A program made the translations under genes and the position numbers. A stretch of 63,947 nucleotides of DNA, the filler included, from Pelomyxa schiedti (taxonomy: Eukaryota > Protista > Evosea), in the NCBI GenBank assembly GCA_020536535.1. It is 5 parts of 5 records of this genome, joined end to end, with 100 filler letters (N's around TTAATTAATTAA, not from the genome) between each part and the next. Parts side by side here need not be neighbours in the genome. Positions count along the whole stretch, not along the records: positions 41,379 to 60,872 come from JAHLWZ010001107.1; positions 60,973 to 62,625 come from JAHLWZ010002355.1; 3 more parts are not named here. One strand, 5' to 3'. The notes beneath the pieces are model-generated. The model was given only the letters and a program-made list of their open reading frames with translations. It was not told the DNA's origin and did no database searches. Of this stretch, positions 49,231-61,516 are shown one piece after another (position 1 is the first letter of the stretch; every line of letters starts with the position of its first letter).

Positions 49231-52200
49231 ATGTTTTCTGATACTACACGCACAACTCAATCTCAATCACAATCACACTCTGCCGCGGCGTCTGCCCTTC
49301 GCGAGTCAGAGTCGATTCCACTTCATACTGCTATATTGCCGCAAAGTTCCCCGTTGCCAATACCTTCGCCAGCGAAACTTAGTGGAGCTGGAGCTTCGCC
49401 GTGCCCTATTCCGCCTTGTACTCCAGAAGGGAAGCCCCGCAGGCCGCGGCGACCTTCAAGTGATTATTTCCTTACCTTCTGGTTTTTCTTGTGATCTTAA
49501 TGAATTGTTAGGGACTAGTAGCATTGAGAGTGTGCAAGTTTCAGAGGAGCAGAGACAGATGCTTTTGTGGACATTTTTCGCCTCAGTTATCCCAACTGGT
49601 ACTTCATGAACTTCTGAACCCTTGTAACCTGTGAGCCAGATTTGGATACCCTACAAAAAGAATTTGTGCGACATGCTGAGTATACATGTGCTTTGACACG
49701 TTCACAATTGACAAATTTCAGTGCATTCCAATCTTTGGCATATTGGTAGGGCAACCGTTACATTTGTTTCTACTCACAGTTGTTGCACGCTAGTCTAAGG
49801 GACAGATTGATAGAGAGGTGGAAGGACACAGAGACATTTTTCTCGCAAAATGATGTGAAGCAGGTATTCCTGCAAGGTCGAGTTCGTTTCTCATCCTATT
49901 TTTAGATCAATTATATGTCACTTGAGTACTTAATGGGAAGATCCCTTCAGGTGTGCAAGTAACGTCTTCATTACTTTTCACTTTTATGTAGAATTGCCTG
50001 ACAAACCTCAAACTCCGAAAGAAGTACAGTCAAGCACTTTTGCATCTAGGAGTGCACCTTGAAGATCTTTATGACCAAGAAATGGATGCTGGGTTGGGGA
50101 ATGGTGGCCTTGGGAGACTGGCTGCATGTACGTAGTACTTTCATATTTCAATTTCTTACCTTAGAAGGTTTCTTGGATTCTTTAGCCACATGTGACTTCC
50201 CAGGTTGGGGCTATGGTCTACGTTATACGTAAGCAATTCCACACAGATACATTGGGGTAAAAATTTTTAGTTATGGAATGTTCCATCAATCTTTTGATCC
50301 AAAGACTGGAGAACAGGTGGAAACCCCCGATTACTGGCTCAATTTTGGTTCTTCTTTTTAAATTTTTGTCTTCCTTTTTACATAATTTAGGTAATCCCTG
50401 GGAAATCCAGCGGTTGGATGTCACTTATCCAGTCAGGTTTGGTGGCAGTTTGCGTGAGATTGCTCGTAGTGGAACAGGTGCTGCGGACTATCCCTGTCGT
50501 GTACGCACTCACATTCTGGGGCTAAAAACTTAATCTTTCCAGTGTTCCTGGGAAGGTGGAGATTTCGCCATTGCAGTTGCCTATGATTTTCCCGTACCAG
50601 GATACAGCACTTTCAATTGCTTGAATTTACGGTTATGGAGTTCAAAACCAAGCTCTGAGTTTGATTTGAGTTCTTTCAATTTGGGGGATTATTTTAAAGG
50701 TTTCTCCCGTCTTTCTTGGAAACAAAAATAAAAATTTCTTCAGCCATTGAAAACAAGCAGATGTGTGAAAATATTACCAATGTACGTGAGGGTGATGTTA
50801 TTTCGTTTTTCTTAAGCTGTGTAGGTGCTCTACCCTAATGACAATACTTCAAGTAGTTTTCATCTCGGTCCAATCTTTAATTTATTCACATTTCAATAGT
50901 GGGAAAGGCTCTAAGACTCAAGCAACAACATTTATTTGTTGCTGCAACACTTGCCGATGTTTTAACGCGTTTTAAGAAGAGATGCAAGCCGCTCACAGAA
51001 CTTCCTGCTTATGTAGAGTTTCTTCTAGTGATTGTGTCGTAACAAAAACCAAAAGGTTGCAATACAACTTAATGACACGCACCCTTCATTGGCAATTTGT
51101 GAGATGATGCGCATATTGTTTGACTGTGAAGGTTTATCTTGGGTGGAATCTTGGAACTTAACAAACAAGATATTCTCTTACACAAACCATACCGTAAGTT
51201 TCGTTCTGTAATAGTTCATCGCCAATAAGTCTCAATCAGGTACTCCCTGAAGCTCTTGAAAGGTGGCCTGTGCACATGATGCAGGTCTCGTTGTACCTAT
51301 TTTTGCATAGCTTTAATCTTACGTTTCTGTCAGAAAACACTACCCAGACACATGAAGCTCGTTTATGATATAAACCACTTCTTCCTTCGCTATGTTGAAA
51401 CTGTGTGGCCTGACAATGTTGAAGCGTTAGGAAAGATGTCCATAATTGAGGAAAACCCTCGGATGGTACAAATTCTCGGGCTATCAAGCATTCTAATTAT
51501 CACCAGGTAAGAATGGCCAACTTAGCACTCATTGGGTCCCATGCCAGTATGCTTCATCTTTCTCTTTTATATCACACTTACTGATTGTAGTAAATGGAGT
51601 GGCCCAAATACACACTGGATTGTTGAAGGATTCTGTATTTGCTGAATTCCACCGCCTGTGGCCTCAGAAGTTTTTCAATATTGTATTATTCACTGCTGGT
51701 AAATGAGGACTCAGTAGTTATACAGACAAATGGAGTCACACCGCGTCGCTGGCTACTTTTAGCAAATCCACCCCTGGCTGAATTTATTTCTACAACTCTG
51801 GTTATCACATTCCATATTTCAATTTATCTGATGGACACAGGACACACGTGATTGGTTAACCGATATGTCCCTCCTGAAAGATTTAGAGTTATTTGCTGAA
51901 GATGAAGACTTTTGCAATCAATGGCTGGAGATCAAACAATGGGCTAAGGTTCCTTCCCACACACCTCGCATATCCCCCAATTATATTCCAGAAAAGAGTC
52001 GCCAAGTACCTCACTGAGCACTTCGGTATCCCAGTTGACCCTAATGCACTCTTTGATGTTCAGGCAAAGCGCGTACATGAATACAAGCGACAGGTCAGGC
52101 CAATGCCCTACTGCTACTTGATGTGACTTGTTATTCATTGTAGTTAATGAATGTGTACGGAATAATTCAAAGATGGGATTGGATAAAGTCTCTCTCTGTG

Positions 52201-53407
52201 GAAGAAAGGGCACGCCAAGTTGTTCCTCGTGTAGTGATGATATGCGGCAAAGCTGCTCCAGGGTACCACACAGCAAAACTCATTCTAAGGCTCGCTAACA
52301 AAGTTGCTGCTGTTGTTAACAAGTATCCTTATTTCCACCTTTCCCTCCTTCACGACTTTTCTTTTTTCCTTAGGGATCGAGATACCCTGGACTACCTTAA
52401 AGGTCTTCTTCACACAACCCCTTTTCTCCTTTCATTGATTTCCTTTAGTTTTTGTCGTTCCGAATTACTGTGTTAGCCTAGCTGAGCTGATAATGCCAGC
52501 CGCTGACATATCACAGCACATTTCCACGGCTGGCATGGAGGCATCTGGGACTGGGTATGAATAACCATTGCCAACTTTGTCATTAACTCCCACAGGAATA
52601 TGAAGTTTGCTCTCAATGGAGGACTGATCCTTGGCACCCTAGATGGAGCCAACATCGAGATAAGAGATGAAATTGGACATGAGAACATGTTTGTGTTTGG
52701 TGCACTGGCACAGCAGGTCAAAGATCTCAGGTTCGTCATTTCACGTAATTAATACAGAACCTGACTTCCACAAGGTTGGAGCAAATATCGAAGCCTTGTA
52801 CACAAGACAGTCCCGCTTTGAGGAAAGTGTATGAGCATATAGTCAGCCGTAGCTCATTTGGCGAGTCACCTGTATTTGAGGAGCTTGTGCACGGAACAAC
52901 CCCTCCCAATGATCACTACCTTATCACCCACGACTTTGATGGTTATCTTGAGGTTACATCAATTATATTTTCTCATCTTTGTCTCATATCAACATCCCAG
53001 GCCAACAGACAAGTAGACGCACTATTTAAGAATAAGAAGGCCTGGGCTTCCAAAAGTATTCTGTCTACAGCTCGCATGGGTTACTTCAGCTCAGATAGGT
53101 CTATAAAGGAATATGCCTCGTTGATCTGGAACCTCTCTGTAAGTCTACCTCCGATCTTGAAACGAGGTGGCTAACTCCCACTCTATAGCCATGCCGTCGT
53201 GCCGGTCCTGTTAGGGTGTCACTAGAGCGTCTTGCCACTTCATCCGCAGCGTCCCCAACAACACCAACAACAGCACCAATTCCAATACCAATACCAGTAC
53301 CAACAACCCCAATGTCCCCAATGACCCCACCGACCCCACCTACTCCCATGAAGCTTCATGATTCTGAAACGACACCCAGGTCACAAAGCCTCCCTTCAAA
53401 TGAGTAG
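49231..53407 (+). CDS. glgP: Glycogen phosphorylase with Pro/Ser/Thr-rich N- and C-terminal extensions
   Basis: Motifs [84 protein letters not shown] (PLP lysine) and [11 protein letters not shown]. The exact start is uncertain (49231 preferred). Confidence 0.96.
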
Positions 53408-53494
53408 TGTTGTTGTGTGAGTAGAAGTCCAAAAAACTAAGAAAGTTTTTGGGAACCACATGTTCTTAGCTACAAGTTCAATGAATGTAAAAAC

Positions 53495-56400
53495 CTATGA
53501 CGCTGTGGTCATGGTGCAAATGTGGCCATTTTCGCAAATGAAGGAGTTTGTGGCCAGTTGTTGGTTTTTGAGGTGTGCGTAAGAGTGGCGGCTTGTGCTG
53601 GGTTGGGCAATGAGGGCCTGTGCGGGTCTGAGCCGGGTGCTGCTGCAGTAGAAGCATGGCTTGGCTGCCATCAGTGGTGCCGGTGCTGCTTTGGCCAGAA
53701 TGGCATTGGCTTTTTCAAGGCCGGCCGGGGTCAGGTGGGCCCAGCAAACGAGCCCGGCTCTCCCATACTGGGACCTGCCGTTTATCCAGTTCTCGGATGT
53801 GCACTCGCAGCACCAGATTATGCTTTCATCCCTCAGGTCGTGGTGCAAGCTGAAATGGAAGAACGGCTCAGTGCCCGTATTGGAACAATTGGTATCAACA
53901 AACTAAGCGTAAATAAGAGCAGAGAAGGAGATATGGCAACCAGGAACCTTTTGAAAATCCATCAAGTGAAGGATAGACCAGCAACGTTCATATGCCGCCA
54001 GCAGTGATGAGTCTAATTCCCGTCTTGAATGATTACATTGAAAGCATTCTGTACTGCAGGACGCGAATCTCTCGATGGCGTAGGATCGCCTTTGCAAATG
54101 ATTACTTCTGATCAAAAATATATTTTACCGTACTTGTACAGCTCAATGGGAGACAACAAAGGAAGCTTGGATATATCAGTTTCTGTTGTTGTGTATAAAT
54201 GCCTTGTGTACCTAAGGTGAAACAGACTTGAGATTCGGAAAATACCCAGGGAATAACCTGTGGGGTATCGGGATCCATTTCTTTGAATCCAAGGCTGGTG
54301 TAAACCCCCTTTTTGCACACAGACGAGACACGAAGGCATCGTTGTGTAGAAGAAGAAATGCAGAACGGCATGTAAGAGCATATCTGCACAAATCCCCTGG
54401 GCTAAATCGGGAAAAAATCTGTACAAGGGTGCTGGTAGGGAGGTTGAGATCAAATGCTGGAAGAGTTTCAAGGAGGTGCCGAGATGTCTGTTTAAGAAGA
54501 TGTGAAATGGGTTGAGATACAAGAAATGAGGGTGATGGTATTGGCTCTGAAAGTGAAAGAGATTGTGATAGGTCTGTGAACACGGGAAGTGCCGAGTCGA
54601 GTATATCACTTAAACAGTTCTAAGTTAAGTTAGAACACACACTGACACAAAAGTTACCTTCGGCAGGATTTCCTTAAGTAAGTGCTGAGTGGCATGGGGA
54701 TCCACAATCTTTCCATGGGAAAGTATTTGCTGAGCGAACATTAGGAGTCTCACGGAATGAACAAGTCTTTTTTTGCCAATAAGCCGCTGTTGAGTATGTG
54801 GTTGTTGACCCCCCCTGAAACTTAACTCCAACAACGTCCTATCAAGGGTAGGTTTGTTATCTTCAAAGTTTAGGTCTAGAACCTTGCTGTTTCCCACAGA
54901 CGCCGGGCAACGAATAGAAATGACGATTTGAATTTTGTAGTGTCAACTACAGAGAACCTTTGTCTTGTGCCCTTGTTTCCGTTAAGGTGAGATCCATAAA
55001 AAAAGGTTCACACCATCCATATTTGAGTGCAAGGTAGACATGCAGCCTCGACAGCGAAAGGAACATAGGAACTGAGAAGTACAGAAAATGCGGCCTCAGA
55101 GAACACCCAACATTGAGCGTCATTGTACTTCAATTGCTTGGCACACATGCAAAAGGGATGTGAAAACGAAACGAGCTCACCCCAGGGTGGTAACCACCCC
55201 CTGCTGAAAAGCCAATCAAAGTTCTGTTCCCATGCAATTTCACTTGGAGGATATCTGTATTACATTATTATATCATTGCGAAATCTTATTCCTAGAACAC
55301 CGATAACTTATGACAAAATCGTAGTCTGACGAATCATCAGGAAGAGGGTCATAGGCTCGGGACCCAAATAAAACTCTATAAAGGTTAAGAATAGGCAAAC
55401 GATAGTTAAGCTTACACGTTAGCAATATTAAGGGGCAAGGACGTTTCCCAAGAGATGTCTCTCAGCTTAGAGTTCTTGTAATCTAGCCAGTGTTTTCTAG
55501 CTATTTTCTTTTCCCTCTAGGAGCTTGTTTATTAACAGATTTACGAACATGGGAGCTGACCAGATCCTTAACTCGTGTGTCCCACACAGAGTTTATTTCC
55601 TGATATTGAGAGATTGCATTCAAAGCAGAAATAACAAGAATTTCAGTGATGCCTTTACCAGTAATGGCGGAGCATTCCATATAGCTGAATTTTATTCTAT
55701 TCAGAGTGGGAAGCCTGATCAAGGATTACCCTACTGCGCCATTTTCAATTGCTGTAGCTATGCACTTATCCCTTCTCACATTGTCAGAATATGTGTCAGT
55801 TTCACCAGTTTCCATTCCCACCACCAAAAAGGGCACTTTCTGGAAGCAGGGATCAGCTCCTAGGGGAGGTTTGCATGCCCTATAGATTGAGTATTGGCGT
55901 TGCACGATGATACTGCTTACTCAATTATTCGAGGTTCAAGTTGGTCGAATTGTGTAGAAAGGGGTATGCATCTCCAAGAAAAATTGGAGTGTGCATAACG
56001 TCCTACCGAGCAACCGTAATTCTCATCTTCATTGCAAGTATTATCACTATCTTCAGGGGTGCCAGATACAGCATTTGTTGGCTTCTCACACACAAGAGAG
56101 CAAAGGAATACGCCAGTGTGCACTAGTTTCCCGGGATCCGAGGGTGGCACCTCAGGCACCTTCGGAACTTCCTTTGCAGGGGTCACAGGCACACCAAAAC
56201 GCTTCCGATATGAAGGCGGAGGTGGGGGCGGGGCGGAAGGAGGGACCAGGCGTGCCGCATTCTCAGGATTCAGTAGCACGTAATGTGAGAACCCTGGTAG
56301 AGAGCCGTCATGAGCCAATTGTGCAATGGTGGCCTCAACAGTGGTGTTGCCTTGAGCAAGTGGACTTTATTTAGCAATCCAGCAACCAAACCCCCTCGAT

Positions 56401-56696
56401 TACAGACACACCATTTTCAACTTTCAAAGGGAAGTGCTGGTCAGCAACCCACTGGAGCAACGATTCTGTTCCAACACCGCGAGTCTGTCACTGTCATAAA
56501 AAAAACCCAACACCAAAGGAAACTAATCAAGAACCTGGGACAGAACATCGACACGCAGTCCTCTGCACAGTAGTTCTTCAAAAAAAAAAAAAAAAAACAG
56601 AAAGCTGTTGCGAACAATGTACCTTACAGCGGCGTCAGAAACAGTAGACGGTTGTATAGCCGAGAACGTCCGTTCCAGGGCAGTTAAATCGTCCAT
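53495..56696 (-). CDS. Predicted fusion: degenerate small-GTPase-like segment + Pol-beta-superfamily nucleotidyltransferase + F-box + Cys-rich C-terminus
   Basis: GTPase-like motifs VPFLVVG and SYMECSAITGKGITE. NTase motif LFGSRAYDPLPDDSSDYDFVI and helical region GKKRLVHSVRLLMFAQQILSHGKIVD. In-phase join ILPK/NCLSDIL leads to F-box LPTSTLVQIFSRFSPGDLCRYALTCRSAF. C-terminus WCCEC..PCFYC..FICENGH. The GTPase-to-NTase join is the weakest. Confidence 0.62.
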
Positions 56697-56758
56697 CTAA
56701 CGGCTGGCCTTCTTTTTTAGGTTTTTTTTTACACACAAGACCGATTTCGTGTAAAACG
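56697..56758. promoter_or_regulatory. 62-nt interval between divergent ATGs (candidate minimal bidirectional promoter)
   Basis: ATG(-) at 56696 and ATG(+) at 56759; the interval contains T-rich tracts. Confidence 0.35.
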
Positions 56759-58968
56759 ATGGGGGCCACGGCCTCGTCCAGTGAAGCGTCAGCAAGTGGC
56801 GACCTCGTTTGTGGCTGCTGCGGTGCAATTGTGGCCTCATCGTTGACCAATTGGGAGTGTTTGACATGCAGATTGGTTTGCCGGTCGTGGAACGCGTTCC
56901 TCTTGGCAAACCCAACGACGATTTGGTCGGGCAGAAAAGTACGTGAAGACTCGTTTTCGCTATGTCGTTTAACTCTTTTTAATCCTTCCTCGTTTACACC
57001 ATCAAGGTAGATATTTACATGTCAGACCCACAAGTCGCGTCAAAAGTCCAGGCGGCGGCACACTATTTACGTGCGAGTACCGACCTAACACTTCACGAAA
57101 CAACCCGATTTGGGCGCATCTGGGCCTCAGTCCTGAGTTGCTTCCCCAATCTCAAGCGCGTCTCTATTTCACCATTTGCCTACCGGTGGGAGTCTCCCAC
57201 CCAGTTCAACGAAATTTTTTCGGATGCAACTGTGGACCGTGAGGAGGCAATTGGGGCCCTGGCTGCAATGTCATCACAGCCGTCACTGTTAGATTTAGAT
57301 GTGGGGTTCTATTCTGGTGTAATTGAAGAGGTGATGGGGCCTCTGATTGGGGCAATGTCCTCAGGCATAACTTCACTTACAGTTGGGGCAGAGTTAATGG
57401 ATCTCTTTGAATGCCAGCGGCTTCCAAAACTACACACTCTATCTTTAGACTCTGGCCTTGCATATGAGTTGAGAATGTTATTGCGCTCTAATATGCCGAA
57501 TATAAGGGAACTCTACTGTTATGACTTGAAAGTTCAAGCACTACCGGATTTATGGCCTATTCTTGGTATTCCCTCGCTGAGGAAATTTGTGGCAACACTC
57601 AGAATTCCAAGTAACAATTCACTGACAGTGAAAGGGAGGAAACGTCACGTGATCCCTAATTCTGTTGATAAAAGTCACCTCCAGGAAATCGTAATAACCT
57701 CAGGGAGCAACATCAAGGGATGGTTGGGCTTCTGCTCCTTGTTGCTTTCCTTTTGCCCAAGTGTATCTACATTTGTGTGCAACACCAAATTCAATTCGTT
57801 GCCAACAATGCCCAACAGTCTCAAAGTGGTTGACTTCAGTGACTCCAATGCTTCCGATGTAGATGTAACAAGGATTGCCACTGCGTGCAATCAATTAGCA
57901 AGTATTAAGCTGACAAACTGCAAAAGAGTCACCGCCAAAGGCATTCAAGTACTTATTTCACATTGTACTCTGATTAAGTGCATGCACCTTTCCGGAACTT
58001 CCCTACAGGCCCAAGATTTGCCTTGCCTCACCCACGTTGATGACCTACAAGAGCTTCAGTTGTCGCTAAGTCAATTATGGTTTGCTCCCCAGACACACCC
58101 AGAGCTTGCTTGCACACTCCCATCATTGGGCAGCTTATTTTTAGTCGAGGCTATTAATCACCCCCCCACAATGAAAGTTATGTGCATAAACCTCCCAGGG
58201 CTGAACACTCTGAAGGTGACCTTCTCTGCAGAGAATACGGGGCCATCACATGAATGTGTGATGGAAATCGTCTCCCAATTGAAGTTCTGTCCCACATCGC
58301 TCTGTATAGAGAATGCAGTCATTACTTCAGGCTTGGTCAGTCAACTCAAAGACCTTTTCCCTGAAGTGATACTGTCTTTCCCACACCCAACAATGCTAAA
58401 TATTGAAAGTTCAGCACCCCTGACTACAATCAATTCCACTACTATTTCTTGCTCCATCCCAGTGTGTCTCTCTCTATCCCTTATTGGAGACAGCAGATAT
58501 TTCCTCTTAACAACTGTGGTAGACTGGAATGGCCACCTCTTTCATGCAGCACTAACTGAAGGGCTTGACAATCCAGTGCAAAACACGTTCCCATCACAAG
58601 AGTGGTGGGAATGGCTATACCCTCATCTCAAGTTCAAAGCGGATGTTTCCCAGCAACTTTCGCCTGAGGAACTGCAGAACCTGGCCAGGCCTCTTGGAAA
58701 AGAAGTTTTGATGAGAAAACACAAAACGACGTCACTGGGAAGTTCAACAGTGTATTTCTTTAAGTACCCCACTTCTGTCATGATTGATAGAGGCAGCACC
58801 AACTCAACACGGTCTGTTCCACAACTGCCCCCTTGTGAAGTCTTCCCTCTCTACTTTTCTTCTACAGAAAGTCTATTAGTTCCTGTGGTACCAAGGGCAT
58901 CACGTCTCTGGGAAATACTGAAAAACGTCACTGTTATACTTCCAACAGGCAAGAAATCTTCCCCCTAA
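56759..58968 (+). CDS. F-box/LRR (FBXL-type) protein
   Basis: Exon 1 has F-box end CLTCRLVCRSWNAFL and joins GRK/VDIYMSDP. AMN1-like LRRs include DVTRIATACNQLASIKLTNCKRVTAKGI. Further 3' exons up to about 59451 are possible. Confidence 0.78.
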
Positions 58969-59479
58969 GGGAAGTGAAACATTTCCAAATTGTAATGTAT
59001 TGCTGATAACATTATTGGTAATCACAAAGGAGTTCTTCTGCTTTAGCAGTACAAGAGTGTAGGAGACATGTGAAACACTGATGACACCTACCTCTGTCAT
59101 TGTCACATCCTTTCCATCTAACACTCTGGAGCCATATGAATCCAGGTGGAACACAAAAGAACCCGAGAAATTTGTATAAGTACTGTGCCAGTGGCACACA
59201 TGGATCAGACTTGTGAGACACAGAGCGTGTCTTTGTTGTTCCCGGTCACCAATAGACCGAACATCCCGGTAGTCTGTGACAATCTTCCCTGTTTGTGCCT
59301 GGACCAATCTCGCCACATAGGCCCACCACAGCCTCAGGATCAGTGTCACAATCAGAAACTGCTGTGCGTGATACCCAAGTATTTGGTGCTCCACGCCCTG
59401 GGCACCAAATCCCAAGTCCACAACCGTTCGTTTTTTATTCTTAACTGTTAAAAGTTCTTTGAAACGTGGGAGTCGTTGA

Positions 59480-60872
59480 ATGGGGAGCAGCAGTACCAAG
59501 AGCTCGTGTGAGGACACGTCGACAGCAGCAACTGCGCCGACAGGTGTCGAAGCAGCACCGCTGGTCAGGACAACGCACCCATCATTCCCTTTGTCGTCGC
59601 CCCCTCGTGGTAGTGGTGGCGGCGGCGTAGGAGGAGTCGGTCCTGCAATCCATCTGCTGCGCGTGGCGGTGGTCGGCTACTCGTGGCGGTTCATCAGCGA
59701 ACCGGCGTGGGTGGATCGGCTGCGCACCTCCCCGCGGTGCCACGGCTCGTCGCAACCTTTCAATGCCGAAGGGGTGTCGCCGTTGGTTGGGAGGATGTAC
59801 GACTACATCCCTGGGGGCTTTGAGGGCCCCACTATGACTTACGAGTCTTTTAAATTGCCATCGCCGGTCCCGGGGGACAATGACTACGTCCTGGTTTGGG
59901 ACTATTGCCGTATGATTGTGCTGTGTTTTTAGATATTTGTGGCATCTAACTGGCCTGCCGATTCAAGTGGGCCAATAATTGTTGATATTGGTTGTCACTG
60001 ACTTTTTTTTTTTTTTTCCCCCTCACCTACTTCATGGATCACCTTGATAGTTGATGAAATGCAAGGAAGAGTTACAAGGCTTCTTAAACTTCCTACGACA
60101 GAGCCTAATGCAAACACATACTTGAGTAAGATTGATACTTTAAACCACGAGGCTTTCATTTTCTGGTATGAACAAGGAAATTCCAAAAGCTGGGCATTTC
60201 TTAAAAACACACTGCAGTGCACAATACTGCGCCAGAGACAAACGGTGCTGTATTCTCCTTCTCTGTCACAAGCAAACCTTTGTCCTCCAATAGGATACTG
60301 TTCGGAACGAGCATAAGTTTAGCTATGGCGATATCTCCATCATAGATGAAGGCTATGAGGATGCCTGCCATGTTAGCATCTCCAAAGTACCGCTTATTAT
60401 TGCGTGCATAAGGTGTGCGAATGTAACCGACGACGATACCTACACATGCTCCAAGCCCAAGGTAACTTCTGTTGAAAACGAAGCTATGAAATGTGCTGCC
60501 AGTCTTGATTGCCCATTCTTTAAGGCGTGGAAAATCCTCTTTCAACCAGTAATTAGCAAAGCTTACTTAGATAGGTTGATATTGCCGACAAGGCTCAGGT
60601 TACTGCATGCTTTCAAGCACTGTTTTCTGAGGCCAAGAGGCTTGGTTTCACAAAATCGGGAACTTTGGCAGACCATCATGTATGGTGGGAAATTGAGTAA
60701 CAAATCTTTCTGTAAACACTTTCTTTTTTTTTTTCTTTGTGGGTCATGTGTTGTTGAAGCAACTTGAGAATCAAAAGATCAGGTCATCTGATTCCTCAGT
60801 CATGTCTAGATACAACCACCCATTTGGTTCCTGATGCACTGCCTGCGATACACGAAGAGTTGTGTTAGGAGT
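59480..60872 (+). CDS. N-myristoylated protein with a degenerate Ras/Rho-like fold; runs into the gap and may continue into the SPRY exon at 60973-61374
   Basis: MGSSSTKS myristoylation motif. GTPase-like strand order LRVAVVGY, YDYIP..PT, VLVWDY, AFIFWY, VPLIIAC, without a GxxxxGK P-loop. Exon structure only partly resolved. Confidence 0.45.
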
Positions 60873-60972
60873 NNNNNNNNNNNNNNNNNNNNNNNNNNNN
60901 NNNNNNNNNNNNNNNNTTAATTAATTAANNNNNNNNNNNNNNNNNNNNNNNNNNNNNNNNNNNNNNNNNNNN
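60873..60972. other. Scaffold gap with linker
   Basis: N run with TTAATTAATTAA. Confidence 0.97.
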
Positions 60973-61374
60973 AAACCAGGAAGGGATTGGTGCAAGTTCC
61001 TCCATTTCTAATGTTGAAGTTGGTACCTTTGCGTATGGTGGCTGTTACCCAATCACAGGTCACGTTCGCTCTGTTTATTCCTTTGGGCTGAACCCTCACT
61101 GATTGGGAGAATTCAAGCACAACAGGCATCATATCAAGTATTGACGTTGAGTGATACAAGACCACCAATTGTTGGAGACCAGTTCTCGTTCCTGATCGAC
61201 TTTGATGGCACAGACACAAACCACGGTAGGGTGAGTGTGTTCAAGAACCTCAAACCACTTGGCACATTCGAGCACGTGGAGACAAAGCTGCCCATGTTTC
61301 CAACAGTGCACATGTGTTGCAGGGATGCCAAGTACAGGTTCATCAGGAACCCTCTTCCCTCTCTGTTTGAGTGA
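60973..61374 (+). CDS. C-terminal SPRY/B30.2-like exon (paralogue 1)
   Basis: VGDQFSFLIDFDGTDTNHGRVSVFKNLKPLGTFEHVETKLPMFPTVHMCC, typical of SPRY ends; stop at 61372-61374. Confidence 0.6.
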
Positions 61375-61516
61375 TTTTGTGTTGAGCCCACGAAATTTAC
61401 TCCCAAAGAGAAATGACCACCAGCAACTGCAACCAGCGGTGGGAGAATGGGGTTCAGTAGAACCTTGATTGTTTAATGAACCACTACCATCAGCAATCCC
61501 AATCAATTCTAAGAAA

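Noticed and set aside
43014-53407. Bacterial contamination or a prokaryotic operon suggested by the activase, ArsC and phosphorylase genes
   Set aside because: The activase and phosphorylase genes are interrupted by many GT-AG introns. All three are embedded among clearly eukaryotic genes, and no ribosome-binding or operon structure is seen.
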